Below are positions 42,051 through 52,086 of a stretch of 64,000 nucleotides of DNA, in pieces (position 1 is the first letter of the stretch; every line of letters starts with the position of its first letter). The DNA comes from Rhodothermales bacterium. GTDB lineage: Bacteria > Bacteroidota > Rhodothermia > Rhodothermales > VXPQ01. The position numbers and the translations under genes are program-made. The notes beneath the pieces were generated by a model, which saw nothing but the letters and a program-made list of their open reading frames with translations, did no database searches and was not told where the DNA came from. Where the stretch lies: the NCBI GenBank assembly GCA_951812345.1, contig OX638295.1:748497-812496 (forward strand). Reading direction: 5' to 3'.

Positions 42051-44204
42051 CTATCCGCTGGTTTCCGCCTCGGCCCCGAAACGCCCGGAAAGCAGGTAGC
42101 GATACAGTCGCAGCGTGCGCTGTTCCTCGTGTTCCTCCAGCCAGCGCCGGCTGGCTGGCGTCAGCATCATCGTCTCGCAGGGTTCGTCGGCGGTCACGGA
42201 AGGCGCTTTCTTGTCCAAGGGGTCGACCGGCCAGATTGCATCGCCGGGGCTGTACTGACGGGAACGCGCGCCCTCGGCTTCATGGGAGGAAGCCCGGCCG
42301 GACGTCAGCAGTTGCAGCCCTTCGCTTCGCACGTCCGGCCCTGCGAGGGTTTCTCCTGCGGCGTAGCGACGCGGATGCAGCCAGCTTCGAAGTTCGTCCA
42401 TCAGTTCCTCGAAGCGGACCTGCCGGTCCAGGTAACGTTCGAGGTCGTCGGCGGCGCGCTCAAGTAACGAGGCACGCCGATCTTCAGACATACTCGCTTG
42501 CGCCCTCCATGCCGTAATGACGGATTCCTCGCAGCGCTCCAGCGCGAGGTCCACGTTCGGCTCGAGCCGCAACGCGGTGAAGTCCGAAGGCGGAAGGTTG
42601 CGCTGCAATTCGGTTTTCAACTGCTCCGGCGGTGCGCTCAAGACCACCTGCACCCCGGCTGCATTTGCCGATCGCAGGAACCTCGCCAGGACGTTCACCG
42701 CCGAGAAATCGAAGCCGGAGACGGCCTCGAAGTCCAGCATCAGACAGGCGGGCGGCGGACTCCCCTTCAGGGTTTTCCCCAGATGATCGGCCAGAGGGCA
42801 GACGCTTCCGAAGAAGATGTAGCCGCGGAGCCGGTATGCAAGCACACGCCCGCCTTCCTCCAGCAGGATGGCGTTATCGGGAACGGAGCGCGCCTTGCTG
42901 CTGCGCCGCTCCCGCGCGGTGAAGCGTGATGCGATCGGGTCAACGCGGCTCAATCGCACGGCAAAGAACACCAGCATGGCCAGCATTCCTGCGGCCACCC
43001 CTTCGAACAGCCCGAAAGCGACGATGACGACGAAGATCAGCACGATGATGCCGTATTCCAACCAGGGAAGCCGCTTCCGGCTTCTCAGGAGTCCTTCGTC
43101 CAGCATGCCGGCGCCGGCGAAGAACAGAATGCCTCCGACGAGCGGAACCGGGACGAGCTCCAGCATCTTGTCGCCCATAAACAATGCGCCTCCGATGACG
43201 AGGGCGGCGAAGACGCCCGTCAGGCGAGTGGAAGCCCCGAACAGCTTGCTGCGCAGCGAGGCGGGTACGATCAGAGTGGCGACTGTGCCGCCGCCCAGGC
43301 CCGCCACTACGCTTGCCAGCCCGCCCGCCCTGAACTCGCGGTTCCAGTCCAGATCCTGGTTTGCCGCCATTTCGAGGCCCGCGATATTCATGATCACGAC
43401 GATGAGCGCGATCAACACCAGCATCAGCAGGGTCGGAAGCTGCCCCGCCATCGCGGCGAAGTCCACGTTCGCGAGGTCGGCGGGCTGCAACACCGGCCAC
43501 AGGTTGCCTCCAAAAGTGCTTTGCAGCAACAGACCCGCTATTCTGGCTTCGTCGCCGGAGACGCCGAACGCGGCAAGGGCGAGATGGTAGACGCCGATGA
43601 AAAGCGCGACGCTTACGGGCAGGATGAGAGGGTGTTTCCAGCGCTTCATTGCCAGATACAGGGTGATTCCGAACACTGCGCCCGGACCCCATTTCCCCAG
43701 CATGGAGGGTTCCGCAAGCGCAGGAATCGCCCGCCAGTGCGTATCCGCGCCCATCAGGGACATGGCCGACAGGCACACCACTCCTCCGATTCCGGCCACG
43801 AAACCGCCCGCCACCGGCCAAGGGATAAAGCGCATCAGGTTAGCGAGTCGGAATTGTCCGATCAGGAGGCAGCACGCGCCGGTGGCGACTGCGCCTATGA
43901 TGAGTGCGATTGCGGTGGTGACGAACAGCGTGTTGCCTTCGGCGTCCATGGTGGAGCCGATTAGAGCCATTACGACCACCAGCGCAGGGGACAGTCCCGC
44001 AATCGCCCCGCGATAGCCGCCCGCGAGGGCGATGATCAGGCAGGCGGCGAAGTTTCCGAACAGCACCAGACCGACGCCCTGGGAGGAATACGCCGCCAGC
44101 GGTCCGGAGAATATGAAGCTCCCGAAAGCGACCTGGGCAACGAGCAGACCGAGGCCCGAAGTGAAGCCTGCCGCCAATGCCGGGACTGTTTTCGCGGGAA
44201 ACAT
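42051..44204 (-). CDS. SulP/SLC26 anion transporter with STAS and cNMP-binding-like domains
   Basis: Multi-pass membrane region (LMRFIPWPVAGGF), STAS LRGYIFFGS..DFSA, degenerate C-terminal cNMP domain. Confidence 0.85.
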   Translation of the reverse strand: MFPAKTVPALAAGFTSGLGLLVAQVAFGSFIFSGPLAAYSSQGVGLVLFGNFAACLIIALAGGYRGAIAGLSPALVVVMALIGSTMDAEGNTLFVTTAIALIIGAVATGACCLLIGQFRLANLMRFIPWPVAGGFVAGIGGVVCLSAMSLMGADTHWRAIPALAEPSMLGKWGPGAVFGITLYLAMKRWKHPLILPVSVALFIGVYHLALAAFGVSGDEARIAGLLLQSTFGGNLWPVLQPADLANVDFAAMAGQLPTLLMLVLIALIVVIMNIAGLEMAANQDLDWNREFRAGGLASVVAGLGGGTVATLIVPASLRSKLFGASTRLTGVFAALVIGGALFMGDKMLELVPVPLVGGILFFAGAGMLDEGLLRSRKRLPWLEYGIIVLIFVVIVAFGLFEGVAAGMLAMLVFFAVRLSRVDPIASRFTARERRSSKARSVPDNAILLEEGGRVLAYRLRGYIFFGSVCPLADHLGKTLKGSPPPACLMLDFEAVSGFDFSAVNVLARFLRSANAAGVQVVLSAPPEQLKTELQRNLPPSDFTALRLEPNVDLALERCEESVITAWRAQASMSEDRRASLLERAADDLERYLDRQVRFEELMDELRSWLHPRRYAAGETLAGPDVRSEGLQLLTSGRASSHEAEGARSRQYSPGDAIWPVDPLDKKAPSVTADEPCETMMLTPASRRWLEEHEEQRTLRLYRYLLSGRFGAEAETSG

Positions 44205-44214
44205 GTCAGACGCC

Positions 44215-44952
44215 TTACTGCTCGAGTAGCCGTTCCAGGTGTTCCAGCATCAGGTCGGCTACGAACCGGTTACCTTCCTCGTTGAGGTGCACGCCGTCGG
44301 TGGTCAGCACGCCCTCGTAGAGTTTGTCGGGATTGTGTGTTGCGAGATGGTCCTCGAACGCGGCCCGCAGGTCGCACAGGGCAGCTCCGGATGTCTCTGC
44401 CACGGCGCGCGAAATATCCGCGTATTCCATGAGCGCCCGGTTGACCTCCGTATCGCTGGCCGGGTCTTCTCCGATCACGCTGGGGGTGCACAGGGAGACA
44501 TGCACGCCCGCACCCTGCATGGTCGAGATCAGATCGTGCAATCCCTCCTCGAACACTTCCCGCTCCGTGCCCGTGACGTCATCGAATTCATAGAAATGCC
44601 AGACATCGTTGATGCCGATATAGATCACCACGTGCGTGGGATCGTGGGCCAGTACATCCCGGTCGAGTCGTTCCTGCAGATCGGGCACCTTATGCCCGCT
44701 TATGCCCGCGCCAATCACCTCGACAGTACCTCCGGGGTATTGTTCCGTCAGGGCTTCCGACACCAGTGTGACGTATCCTCCCGGGAATACGCCCACTTCG
44801 GTAATGGAGTCCCCGAAGAAGACGATGCGTATGGCCGGAGCAGGTTGTGTGTCGGCGGGCTCGGGAGCGTCTTCCTCTCCGGCGCAGCCGGCGGTCAGGA
44901 TCAGGGCGCAAAGCGCCAGAAAGAATGCCGATTTGTGAACAGGATTATGCAT
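44215..44952 (-). CDS. SGNH/GDSL hydrolase lipoprotein
   Basis: FFGDSIT, GIND and DGVH motifs. Lipobox TAGC. Confidence 0.92.
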   Translation of the reverse strand: MHNPVHKSAFFLALCALILTAGCAGEEDAPEPADTQPAPAIRIVFFGDSITEVGVFPGGYVTLVSEALTEQYPGGTVEVIGAGISGHKVPDLQERLDRDVLAHDPTHVVIYIGINDVWHFYEFDDVTGTEREVFEEGLHDLISTMQGAGVHVSLCTPSVIGEDPASDTEVNRALMEYADISRAVAETSGAALCDLRAAFEDHLATHNPDKLYEGVLTTDGVHLNEEGNRFVADLMLEHLERLLEQ

Positions 44953-45216
44953 GAGACGATTGTTTTCTTGCAAAAATGATGTGTGGACACACCGCGTCGG
45001 GTGCCTCGTCGACAAGGATACGGGAGCGCTCTTTATAGACCTGAATATATCGAATAAACGCACCACGAATGGGTTTTCGCCGGCCGCTCTTCCCGCCACC
45101 TCCGTCGTCGGTCGCATCAGGAAGATGTCACATCATTCTTCGCACCGACCACGGATGCGCTCGTAATCACAGGGAGGGCAATCCATTCCCTCTGCATCTC
45201 CAAAATCCCTGATAGC

Positions 45217-45333
45217 CTATCCTTCGGTGATGATCCCGATGGTGCGGCCAATGCCGTCTTCGTTGGCGATAGCCCGGGCGACGTACGGCTGCACATCCCC
45301 GCGTGTACCGAAACCGGGAAGAGCGATTTTCAT
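45217..45333 (-). pseudogene. internally deleted GT1 (sterol-glucosyltransferase-like) glycosyltransferase remnant
   Basis: 38-aa ORF MKIALPGFGTRGDVQPYVA|RAIANEDGIGRTIGIITEG*, joining the family N-terminal motif directly to its C-terminal EDG helix. Absent from the ORF track. Confidence 0.75.
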
Positions 45334-45993
45334 TCAGTCCGAGTCCTGAGCCCGAATCTCCACATAGCGTTCCAGACGCGCGACTTCGTCGTCATTGACA
45401 TACTTGCCTATCTCCCGGCGAAACTGTTCGATTCGGCTGTACGTCCGGTATTCCTTGAATTCATGAAGCATCCGGTTGCCCAGATTCGGAATCGTAAGAA
45501 TATCTTCGTCGCTGGCCGTGTTCAGGTCGATCGGTACGAAGACGAACTGCTCCAGTCGCGCCACCTCCTCATCGTCCACATATTTGCCTATTTCCCGGCG
45601 GAATTCGGCAATGTGGGCGTACGGTTTGTATTCGTCGAACTCATGGGCCATCCGGTTGCCGACGCCGGGAACGAGAAGAATTTCCTTTTCGGTTGTGTCA
45701 TTCAGGTTCAGGGGCAGGAAAAGCCGGGCGTACAACTCGTCCCGCTGCGCTTCATCCAAAGAATCGGCGACCAGCGCGTTGACATCGAGCATATTCATAA
45801 ACGGACGCCCTGCAACGATCGAGTCCGCCTTCGCTGCATCCATATGGGGGAGCGCTGCAAGCTCGGATTCGGTGGCCGTGTTCGGATTGAGCACGCCCAT
45901 GTTTTGCCCCACCTGAGCCTCGGCAACAGTAGCGGGGATCAGGGCAAGCGCTGCTAACAGTACGAACAGTCGGGTCGGGATGCGTTGTATCAT
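45334..45993 (-). CDS. secreted helix-hairpin-helix (ComEA-like) repeat protein
   Basis: Signal peptide and three LN(T/D)A..L..xP repeats. The last two share RM.HEF.EY..Y..I..FRREIGKYV. Confidence 0.8.
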   Translation of the reverse strand: MIQRIPTRLFVLLAALALIPATVAEAQVGQNMGVLNPNTATESELAALPHMDAAKADSIVAGRPFMNMLDVNALVADSLDEAQRDELYARLFLPLNLNDTTEKEILLVPGVGNRMAHEFDEYKPYAHIAEFRREIGKYVDDEEVARLEQFVFVPIDLNTASDEDILTIPNLGNRMLHEFKEYRTYSRIEQFRREIGKYVNDDEVARLERYVEIRAQDSD

Positions 45994-46469
45994 TCTTTTT
46001 CCTCGTGTAACGGGTTTGCCTCGTTTATCTCCAGGGATGCATGGGCCCTGTTCCGTGAGGCGGAGAATATCGGATGTCGCCAGGTGTGCAGGAATCCGAT
46101 GAGTCCAAGATACGCCATGGTTCCGGGCGCCAGGGCCGGCATTGCCCCGGTGAGAGATTTCCAGATCAGTTCCCATCCTGCAGCCGCGGGGTTCATTTCC
46201 AGTTCGAATTCGACATTGCTTTGGTAGTGCAGATAGACGCCCAGGACGCCCGCGACGACGAACAGGAGCATGCATATCTGAAAAATGCGCAGGACTCGGG
46301 CATCGTTGCGAAAAAGCCGGACTACGAGCACCGCGAGGCTCAGTCCGATCATTCCCAGCGGCACGAGTTGCCACGGTTCCTCGTAGTGGCCCAGCAGGAC
46401 CAGTTCGCCGCCGGCGCCCAGGGCGCCCAGCAGGAATATGGCCAGTAGCAGCGAGCGAATTCGTTTCAC
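45990..46469 (-). CDS. four-TM membrane protein of unknown function
   Basis: Four hydrophobic segments; its stop overlaps the HhH gene start (ATGA). Confidence 0.75.
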   Translation of the reverse strand: MKRIRSLLLAIFLLGALGAGGELVLLGHYEEPWQLVPLGMIGLSLAVLVVRLFRNDARVLRIFQICMLLFVVAGVLGVYLHYQSNVEFELEMNPAAAGWELIWKSLTGAMPALAPGTMAYLGLIGFLHTWRHPIFSASRNRAHASLEINEANPLHEEKE

Positions 46470-46718
46470 GTTTCAGATTTCATTGTTTTTTTGAGCACGG
46501 GATGCCGAGAGCCGTTTCCGGTTCCAGCGTATTGTACATATGCCATGCTTCGCGCCACCCGGTCGGTCAGGGCGCCGGCAGGGCGTTGCTTTGATTGCAA
46601 CGGTCATCGTATTGGACCCTGCTGCGTCCCTGTTTTATTCCCTGCTTGCAGGAAATATCCGGTCAGCCCGCCTTGTTTTGCCGGATGCTTCATCTTATTA
46701 TTAATGTGCATACCCTGC

Positions 46719-47189
46719 TCAACACCCACCCTGCACAGGAAAGAAAATATCGGTGCGCCACTTGGACGGGTCCGGCTCGGCGCCGGGATCGGTGATGTAC
46801 ACTTCCCAGGGGGCATGTGCGGGTTGGAGTTCATTGGATTCGATCCATTGCACCAGCGCGGTCCAGGTTCCACCGAGGTCGTCGTAGGATCCGATGTGGG
46901 TGACTGTCGCCACGGTTCCGGCAGGAAGTTCTCCGGGCCGGATGCGATCCGTTCCTTCCATCGGCGAAGATACGGGCATCGCACACTCAAGCTCGACGGT
47001 ATTGCCGTCCATGGCGTGGTAGATAGCGAGGGGCATCCCGGCCGGTTGCTGCCCGCTCTGCTGGATGTGCCCGTATATCTCTCCGAACAACGCGCCCATG
47101 ATGGTGGCGAGCTTATCCATCGTGGTCGTAGTACGGACGCCAAGAATGGGTTGTGCGTCGATCTGTCTGGTTTTGAATTCCGGTGTCAT
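46719..47189 (-). CDS. GyrI-like small-molecule-binding protein
   Basis: PAGMP..YH, LPAG.VA..H.GSYD.L and WEVYITDP..W.TDI motifs. Confidence 0.88.
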   Translation of the reverse strand: MTPEFKTRQIDAQPILGVRTTTTMDKLATIMGALFGEIYGHIQQSGQQPAGMPLAIYHAMDGNTVELECAMPVSSPMEGTDRIRPGELPAGTVATVTHIGSYDDLGGTWTALVQWIESNELQPAHAPWEVYITDPGAEPDPSKWRTDIFFPVQGGC

Positions 47190-47323
47190 CTTATTGCTTC
47201 TGGTTTTTGCGCCGTGTCTGGTGCGTACGCTTGTCTGGAAATCTTCGGAGTGCAAGAAGTGGTATGCTCAAAATCAACAGGAGTACATCCCTGTGGCGTT
47301 TGGCGATGGCGTGGTCCCTCTCC

Positions 47324-47950
47324 TCATCGGGTTGGCGCGCCGTCGAAGAAATCGACCTCGCCGGATTCCAGGGAATACTCCGCTCCAACGACGAGCAGGC
47401 CATCTTGCTCCATGAGTTCCTTGAGGATTCCCGAACCGTTCCGCAGCGCATGCGCGGACCTGCGGACGTTTGCCCGCACCGCCCGGCGCATCAACGTATC
47501 CGGGTCGCATTCAGATTCCGTTTTCAACAAGTCCTCCACCGCAGGGCGAATTCGATCCATGATCGAGGCCAGATTTTCCGATAGCTTGCCGCCGGGTTGC
47601 CGGAGGCTTTTCAGCGTGGCTCCGACCGCGCCGCATCGGGTGTGGCCTAACACGACGAGAAGCCGCGTACCGAGTTGCTTCGCCGCGTACTCTGCGCTAC
47701 CTGCCTGGGACGGCGCAACGATGTTTCCGGCAACGCGGATCACGAACAGGTCTCCGAAACCCTGATCGAAAATATGCTCGACGGGAACCCGGGAATCGGA
47801 GCATGCCAGAATCGTTGCGAAGGGCGCCTGCCCCTTGAGGAGATCGTTGTGTTTTTCCTGGCTTGCGAGTGCTTTGGTACGCTGCATTCCGTCTATGAAG
47901 CGGCGATTGCCTTCTCGCAGGCGCTTCAGGGCTTCAACTGCTGAAATCAT
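47324..47950 (-). CDS. beta-class carbonic anhydrase
   Basis: LREGNRRF, CSDSRV, RVAGN and LGHTRCGAV motifs. Confidence 0.96.
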   Translation of the reverse strand: MISAVEALKRLREGNRRFIDGMQRTKALASQEKHNDLLKGQAPFATILACSDSRVPVEHIFDQGFGDLFVIRVAGNIVAPSQAGSAEYAAKQLGTRLLVVLGHTRCGAVGATLKSLRQPGGKLSENLASIMDRIRPAVEDLLKTESECDPDTLMRRAVRANVRRSAHALRNGSGILKELMEQDGLLVVGAEYSLESGEVDFFDGAPTR

Positions 47951-47962
47951 CCGGTTCGGATT

Positions 47963-49633
47963 TTAGTGGAGAGGGGATACGCCCTGCGTTTCTGCTTTTG
48001 CGGTATGTAGTGCTGTAATCATGGAACGGACGATTACGCTGCTTGCGGTGTTTTCCGCCGTAACGACCTCCGTGGCGCCGGCGTCGTACAGGGCGCCCTT
48101 ATCTATGTCGTACCAGGCGCGAGCGATGATGGCGAGGTCGGGAGCTATTTTACGAATAGCGCCGACGGCAAGCCCGGTGGCTCTGGCGTCATTGATGCTT
48201 ATTATCACCAGCCGGGCGTCCTTGCATCCAAGTGTCTTCAGCACTTCCTGTTGGGTAATATCTCCAAGCACCGCCCGGTTTCCGGCAGCTTTCGCCGCCC
48301 GGACGTTATCGGCGTTTACATCGACGACAATAGAAGGAACCCCGGTGTCCCGGACAGCCCGGCAAACTTCCCGGCCTGTCAACCCATAGCCGGCAATGAT
48401 CACGTGGCCGCTGTGCGGTTCGTGAATGTCGACGCCGGGAGGCTCCGCATCCAGCACCCGATTCAGCCATGGGACGCGGGCTGCGCTGAGAGCCAACCTG
48501 GGACCGAGCACAATGATTACGGGCGTAAGCAGCATGGACAGGATGATCGCCAGCAGCAGGTTGTGGGATAGCGTGGCGTCAAGGAGTTCAAAATCCGAGG
48601 CCGTGCTTAAAAGTACGAACGAGAACTCGCCGATCTGGCACAGGGTGGCCGCCGACAGGATCCCCACGCGAAGAGGCAGCCGCAGGATCAGTGCGGCTCC
48701 AAGGATGATCGTGAATTTCCCCACGAGGATGATACCGAGAAGCCCGACGGTTGACGTCAGGTGCTCAAGCACAGCCGAAACATCCAGCAACATCCCCACG
48801 GAAACGAAAAAGAGGCTGGCGAACACTTCGCGCGCGGGAATCAGGTCCGACATCGCCTGGTGACGAAACTCGCTTCCGGCAACGATCATTCCTGCCAGAA
48901 AGGCTCCGAGCGCCAGAGAGATTCCCGCTAACGACAGGGCCCATGCGATTCCGAAGCACACGAGAAATACCGCAAGAATAAAAATATCCCGCTGCCTTGT
49001 TCTGGCCACGAATGCAAGCAAACGGGGGACCAGATAACGGGCTGCGATCAGCACGCCCGCGAGGATGGCCAGCGCCGTGCCGGCCGCAAGCAGGATTTCC
49101 CGGACGGTTCCGCCTCCTCCGGCCAGAATGGGCACGGTCAGGATCATCGGAACCACACACAAGTCCTGGAAGACAAGAATGCCAACGGCCAGCCGCCCGT
49201 GAGGCGCTTCCAGTTCGCCCCGGTCGGAGAGACCGCGCAGGACCACGGCGGTACTGGATACGGCGACGACGCAGCCCAGAAATATCGCAGGGCCCGGCGC
49301 CAGACCAAACCAGTTGGCGAGTACGGCGGTGCATGCAACCGTGAGGGTTACCTGAATACCTCCGCCCAGCAGTACGGCTCTCCAGAAACGCCGCAGCCGA
49401 TCAAGGGAGAGTTCCAGACCGATTCCGAAAAGCAGCAGGACGATGCCTATTTCAGCGAGGACTTCAACCTGATGCGTATCGTCCACCAGGCCCAACGCGG
49501 TGGGCCCGACCAGAGCGCCCGTTAAAATAAACCCGGCAATTGACGGGACCCCTGCGCGGCGCAGGGCCGTTACGACCACAATCGCCGCTCCCAGTACGAT
49601 GACCAGATCCTTGAGGTAGTCGATTTCGGGCAT
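47963..49633 (-). CDS. CPA2 cation:proton antiporter with TrkA-N (KTN) domain
   Basis: LFGIGLELS, SSTAVV, FQDL, QIGEFSFV and IAGYGLTG motifs. Start placed at MPEIDY. Confidence 0.92.
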   Translation of the reverse strand: MPEIDYLKDLVIVLGAAIVVVTALRRAGVPSIAGFILTGALVGPTALGLVDDTHQVEVLAEIGIVLLLFGIGLELSLDRLRRFWRAVLLGGGIQVTLTVACTAVLANWFGLAPGPAIFLGCVVAVSSTAVVLRGLSDRGELEAPHGRLAVGILVFQDLCVVPMILTVPILAGGGGTVREILLAAGTALAILAGVLIAARYLVPRLLAFVARTRQRDIFILAVFLVCFGIAWALSLAGISLALGAFLAGMIVAGSEFRHQAMSDLIPAREVFASLFFVSVGMLLDVSAVLEHLTSTVGLLGIILVGKFTIILGAALILRLPLRVGILSAATLCQIGEFSFVLLSTASDFELLDATLSHNLLLAIILSMLLTPVIIVLGPRLALSAARVPWLNRVLDAEPPGVDIHEPHSGHVIIAGYGLTGREVCRAVRDTGVPSIVVDVNADNVRAAKAAGNRAVLGDITQQEVLKTLGCKDARLVIISINDARATGLAVGAIRKIAPDLAIIARAWYDIDKGALYDAGATEVVTAENTASSVIVRSMITALHTAKAETQGVSPLH

Positions 49634-50057
49634 GGACCGAGGGTTTGATAACGCAGCAACACAGATCACGCATGCTAACCGGATCCGGCATGTCGGGATC
49701 CATAGCATCGCCGGATCAGGTCTAACCCCCGCGCGCAATGCGCTGTGCCATATTGTGCCGATGCGGGGATTGCTCGCAGATGAGTTCGCGACCGTGTTTC
49801 TCCCAGGATCCGTTTACCGAACAGATCGATACTGACATGATCTTGTGTCAGCAGTATCGCCGGTTTCGGGAGAAAAGAGATGAATATATCAGGAAAAACA
49901 ATAACAAGAGAATTTTCGCCATTTCGGGCAAAAACTCTCCTTTCCGCATCGAGACCGGGATGTTCAGGGTCGTCGTCGCGGACACTATTCACTATCCTCT
50001 CGGGAACGCTATGCGGGCTACGAGCAGGATGGTGGACGGAATGGAGCCGGATCTCCA

Positions 50058-50100
50058 GGCGGATGAGCGGCTGCATGGGGTTGCAGGCCGCTCATCCACC
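50058..50100 (-). terminator. strong hairpin just downstream of 50111-50437
   Basis: 11-bp perfect stem GGATGAGCGGC...GCCGCTCATCC with further internal pairing. No clear U tract. Confidence 0.55.
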
Positions 50101-50110
50101 CTTCACAAGG

Positions 50111-50437
50111 TTAACCCTTGAGGCGGTTTAACGCCCTTACTGCGAGTATGGTGATAACCCCGGCAAACAGCGCTATACTTACCTGATCGACGATAGCGTC
50201 CAGGTAGGAGCCGACCACATGGATATGGCTCATCACATCCATAGTCGCGGCGCCTCCGACCGCTAAAGTAACCACCAGATAGGCTGTAGCATCCTCGGCG
50301 TCAATCGCCATCGCCGCATAGACCAAGCCCAGAATGGCCAACAGAAGCGCCACAATCTCCGTGGGGATTGCGTTGGGCGCCAGGCCTTCCACAATCGCCA
50401 AGAGGGTGATCAAACCGATAATAATTCTGACCGCCAT
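50111..50437 (-). CDS. small multi-pass membrane protein
   Basis: 108 aa, strongly hydrophobic, preceded by an AAGGAGG Shine-Dalgarno. Confidence 0.8.
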   Translation of the reverse strand: MAVRIIIGLITLLAIVEGLAPNAIPTEIVALLLAILGLVYAAMAIDAEDATAYLVVTLAVGGAATMDVMSHIHVVGSYLDAIVDQVSIALFAGVITILAVRALNRLKG

Positions 50438-50470
50438 TTTTACCTCCTTAGAATAAGTGGGTGGGTTACG

Positions 50471-50552
50471 GACTGCACCATCACACAGCCGTGACGGTAT
50501 ACAGCGCAGTCATCATGCTGTATAAGTATAGCACACCGGCACTAAATTGCAA
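50471..50552 (-). promoter_or_regulatory. sigma70-type promoter with inverted repeat and structured leader
   Basis: Minus strand reads TTGCAA-16nt-(TG n)TATACT, then TATACAGC-N11-GCTGTATA and the stem GACTGC..ACCGTCAC/GTGATGGT..GCAGTC. Confidence 0.6.
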
Positions 50553-50790
50553 GAAAAATTCACAACCTTGTGTTTCCCGCGGGCAATAGCAGCGTAATAA
50601 CCGAAAGATCGGTAGTCTGTGCGACGGATTCGCGGATGACGATTTTGGCGAGCGTTGACCCGTTCGATTACCTCGGCCATGGAGTTGAGGCTGGATCGAT
50701 CCAGGGCCACGCTGACGATCTTTCCGCTTGGGTACAACTCGGCCGAGGTTACGCTTACGGTGATCCTTGCCTTAACTCCACAGCCGTCGG

Positions 50791-51747
50791 TCAGAACCGA
50801 TACTTCATGTTGAGACTGATTCCCCGGAACCGGATGTCCCCCGTCTTTACATAGTAGGTAACGGGGACCGGCGGGTTACCGGCCACCGACGCATGATTGC
50901 GTAGAGAGTCATATGCCGACTCGTCATCGAATTCGCCGAAACTCGCCCATCGGAACTTGATCCCGATGGTGACCGGGTCGCTTGCCTGATAGTCCAGGCC
51001 CGCCACCGCCTGGTAGCCGAGCAGCGAATCCGACAATTTAGCCCTGTCCGTGGTGATCGCGCCTGCAATTTCCCGGTTTAACGCCTGGGCTTTCGCCAGA
51101 TCATCGCCAGTCAATCCCTCCGTATCGAATACCGTGATGTTCTCGGGGTCATTCGTCCGGCGCCAGAGGGTCCGGTACGCAAGCGAGACCTTCGCAAATC
51201 CGACTCCAATCCCCAGAGACGGCGTCAACTTCGAATCAGAGCGAAAGTCGTAGTACAAGTTGGCGAAAACGTTGTGCGACAACACGTTATCGACTGCATC
51301 CATGACGGTCTGGAATCCCGGATCCGTCCCGGGATCATAGTTTGTTGCGGAATCGTAGGGAACATCCGTACTCTCATGGGTTGCGGTGCGATAGAAATAT
51401 TCGCCCTCGGCCCTGAAGTTTCCCATGCGATACCCCAGGGCCAAACCGGCCAGGATCCCCCTGCCGCCATCGAACGACTCGTCCATGGGTCCCCAAGTCG
51501 AAGGAGTATTGCCACACGCTCCTTCCTCTACTTGAAAACCGTCCGGGTTTATGGTCTTGTCGCATCGGATCGCTGAATGCGCCGCATCCGCACTCGATAT
51601 CCAATCGTCCACCCCCCCGGTATTCACGTCCATTTTCGGGGTCACTCCAACCCCCGGTTCCATACCCATATACCAGCCGTCCTGAGCCAATACCGGGTCG
51701 GAGGAGACCACCAAAGAAATCGCCATGAGCATGAAGAGTTTTTTCAT
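50791..51747 (-). CDS. opacity/OmpA-like outer-membrane beta-barrel
   Basis: Signal peptide; LGYR..FRAEGEYFYR, ANLYYDF, GIGVG and GYQAVAGLDY strands; terminal YRF. Confidence 0.85.
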   Translation of the reverse strand: MKKLFMLMAISLVVSSDPVLAQDGWYMGMEPGVGVTPKMDVNTGGVDDWISSADAAHSAIRCDKTINPDGFQVEEGACGNTPSTWGPMDESFDGGRGILAGLALGYRMGNFRAEGEYFYRTATHESTDVPYDSATNYDPGTDPGFQTVMDAVDNVLSHNVFANLYYDFRSDSKLTPSLGIGVGFAKVSLAYRTLWRRTNDPENITVFDTEGLTGDDLAKAQALNREIAGAITTDRAKLSDSLLGYQAVAGLDYQASDPVTIGIKFRWASFGEFDDESAYDSLRNHASVAGNPPVPVTYYVKTGDIRFRGISLNMKYRF

Positions 51748-52011
51748 GACGCCGCCCCTCTTTCTTTTCCATATATGACGTTTCCCGATTCCCTGGTAAC
51801 TGCATCCCGGTTTGAGACGCAATCGGCTTCGGGTCGAAGCACAAACCGATGATCGTTCTCGTAGTCAGCGGAGCCGACCGCCTCTGGATTAGGTCAGCTC
51901 GTTCAAGAGCCGGAATCGTTGCAGAGCAGGCCATCGGCCTGGTTCTCCACAGGGTGATCCTGCGGGGCGTCGCGTTAACTATCGCGGCGCCGTAATTCGC
52001 GCTCGAAAAAA

Positions 52012-52086
52012 TGGCTCCCCGGGTAGGACTCGAACCTACAACCCTGCGGTTAACAGCCGCATGCTCTACCATTGAGCTACCGAGGA
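52012..52086 (-). tRNA. tRNA-Asn(GTT)
   Basis: TCCTCGGTAGCTCAATGGTAGAGCA-TGCGGCT-GTT-AACCGCA..GGTTCGAGTCC..GGGGAGCCA. Confidence 0.97.

Noticed and set aside
49800-49860. Imperfect inverted repeat GATACTGACA...TGTCAGCAGTATC, possibly related to the dispersed motif
   Set aside because: Too degenerate to assign by eye.
51750-52010. Possible riboswitch upstream of the outer-membrane barrel
   Set aside because: Only small hairpins; no recognisable aptamer consensus.
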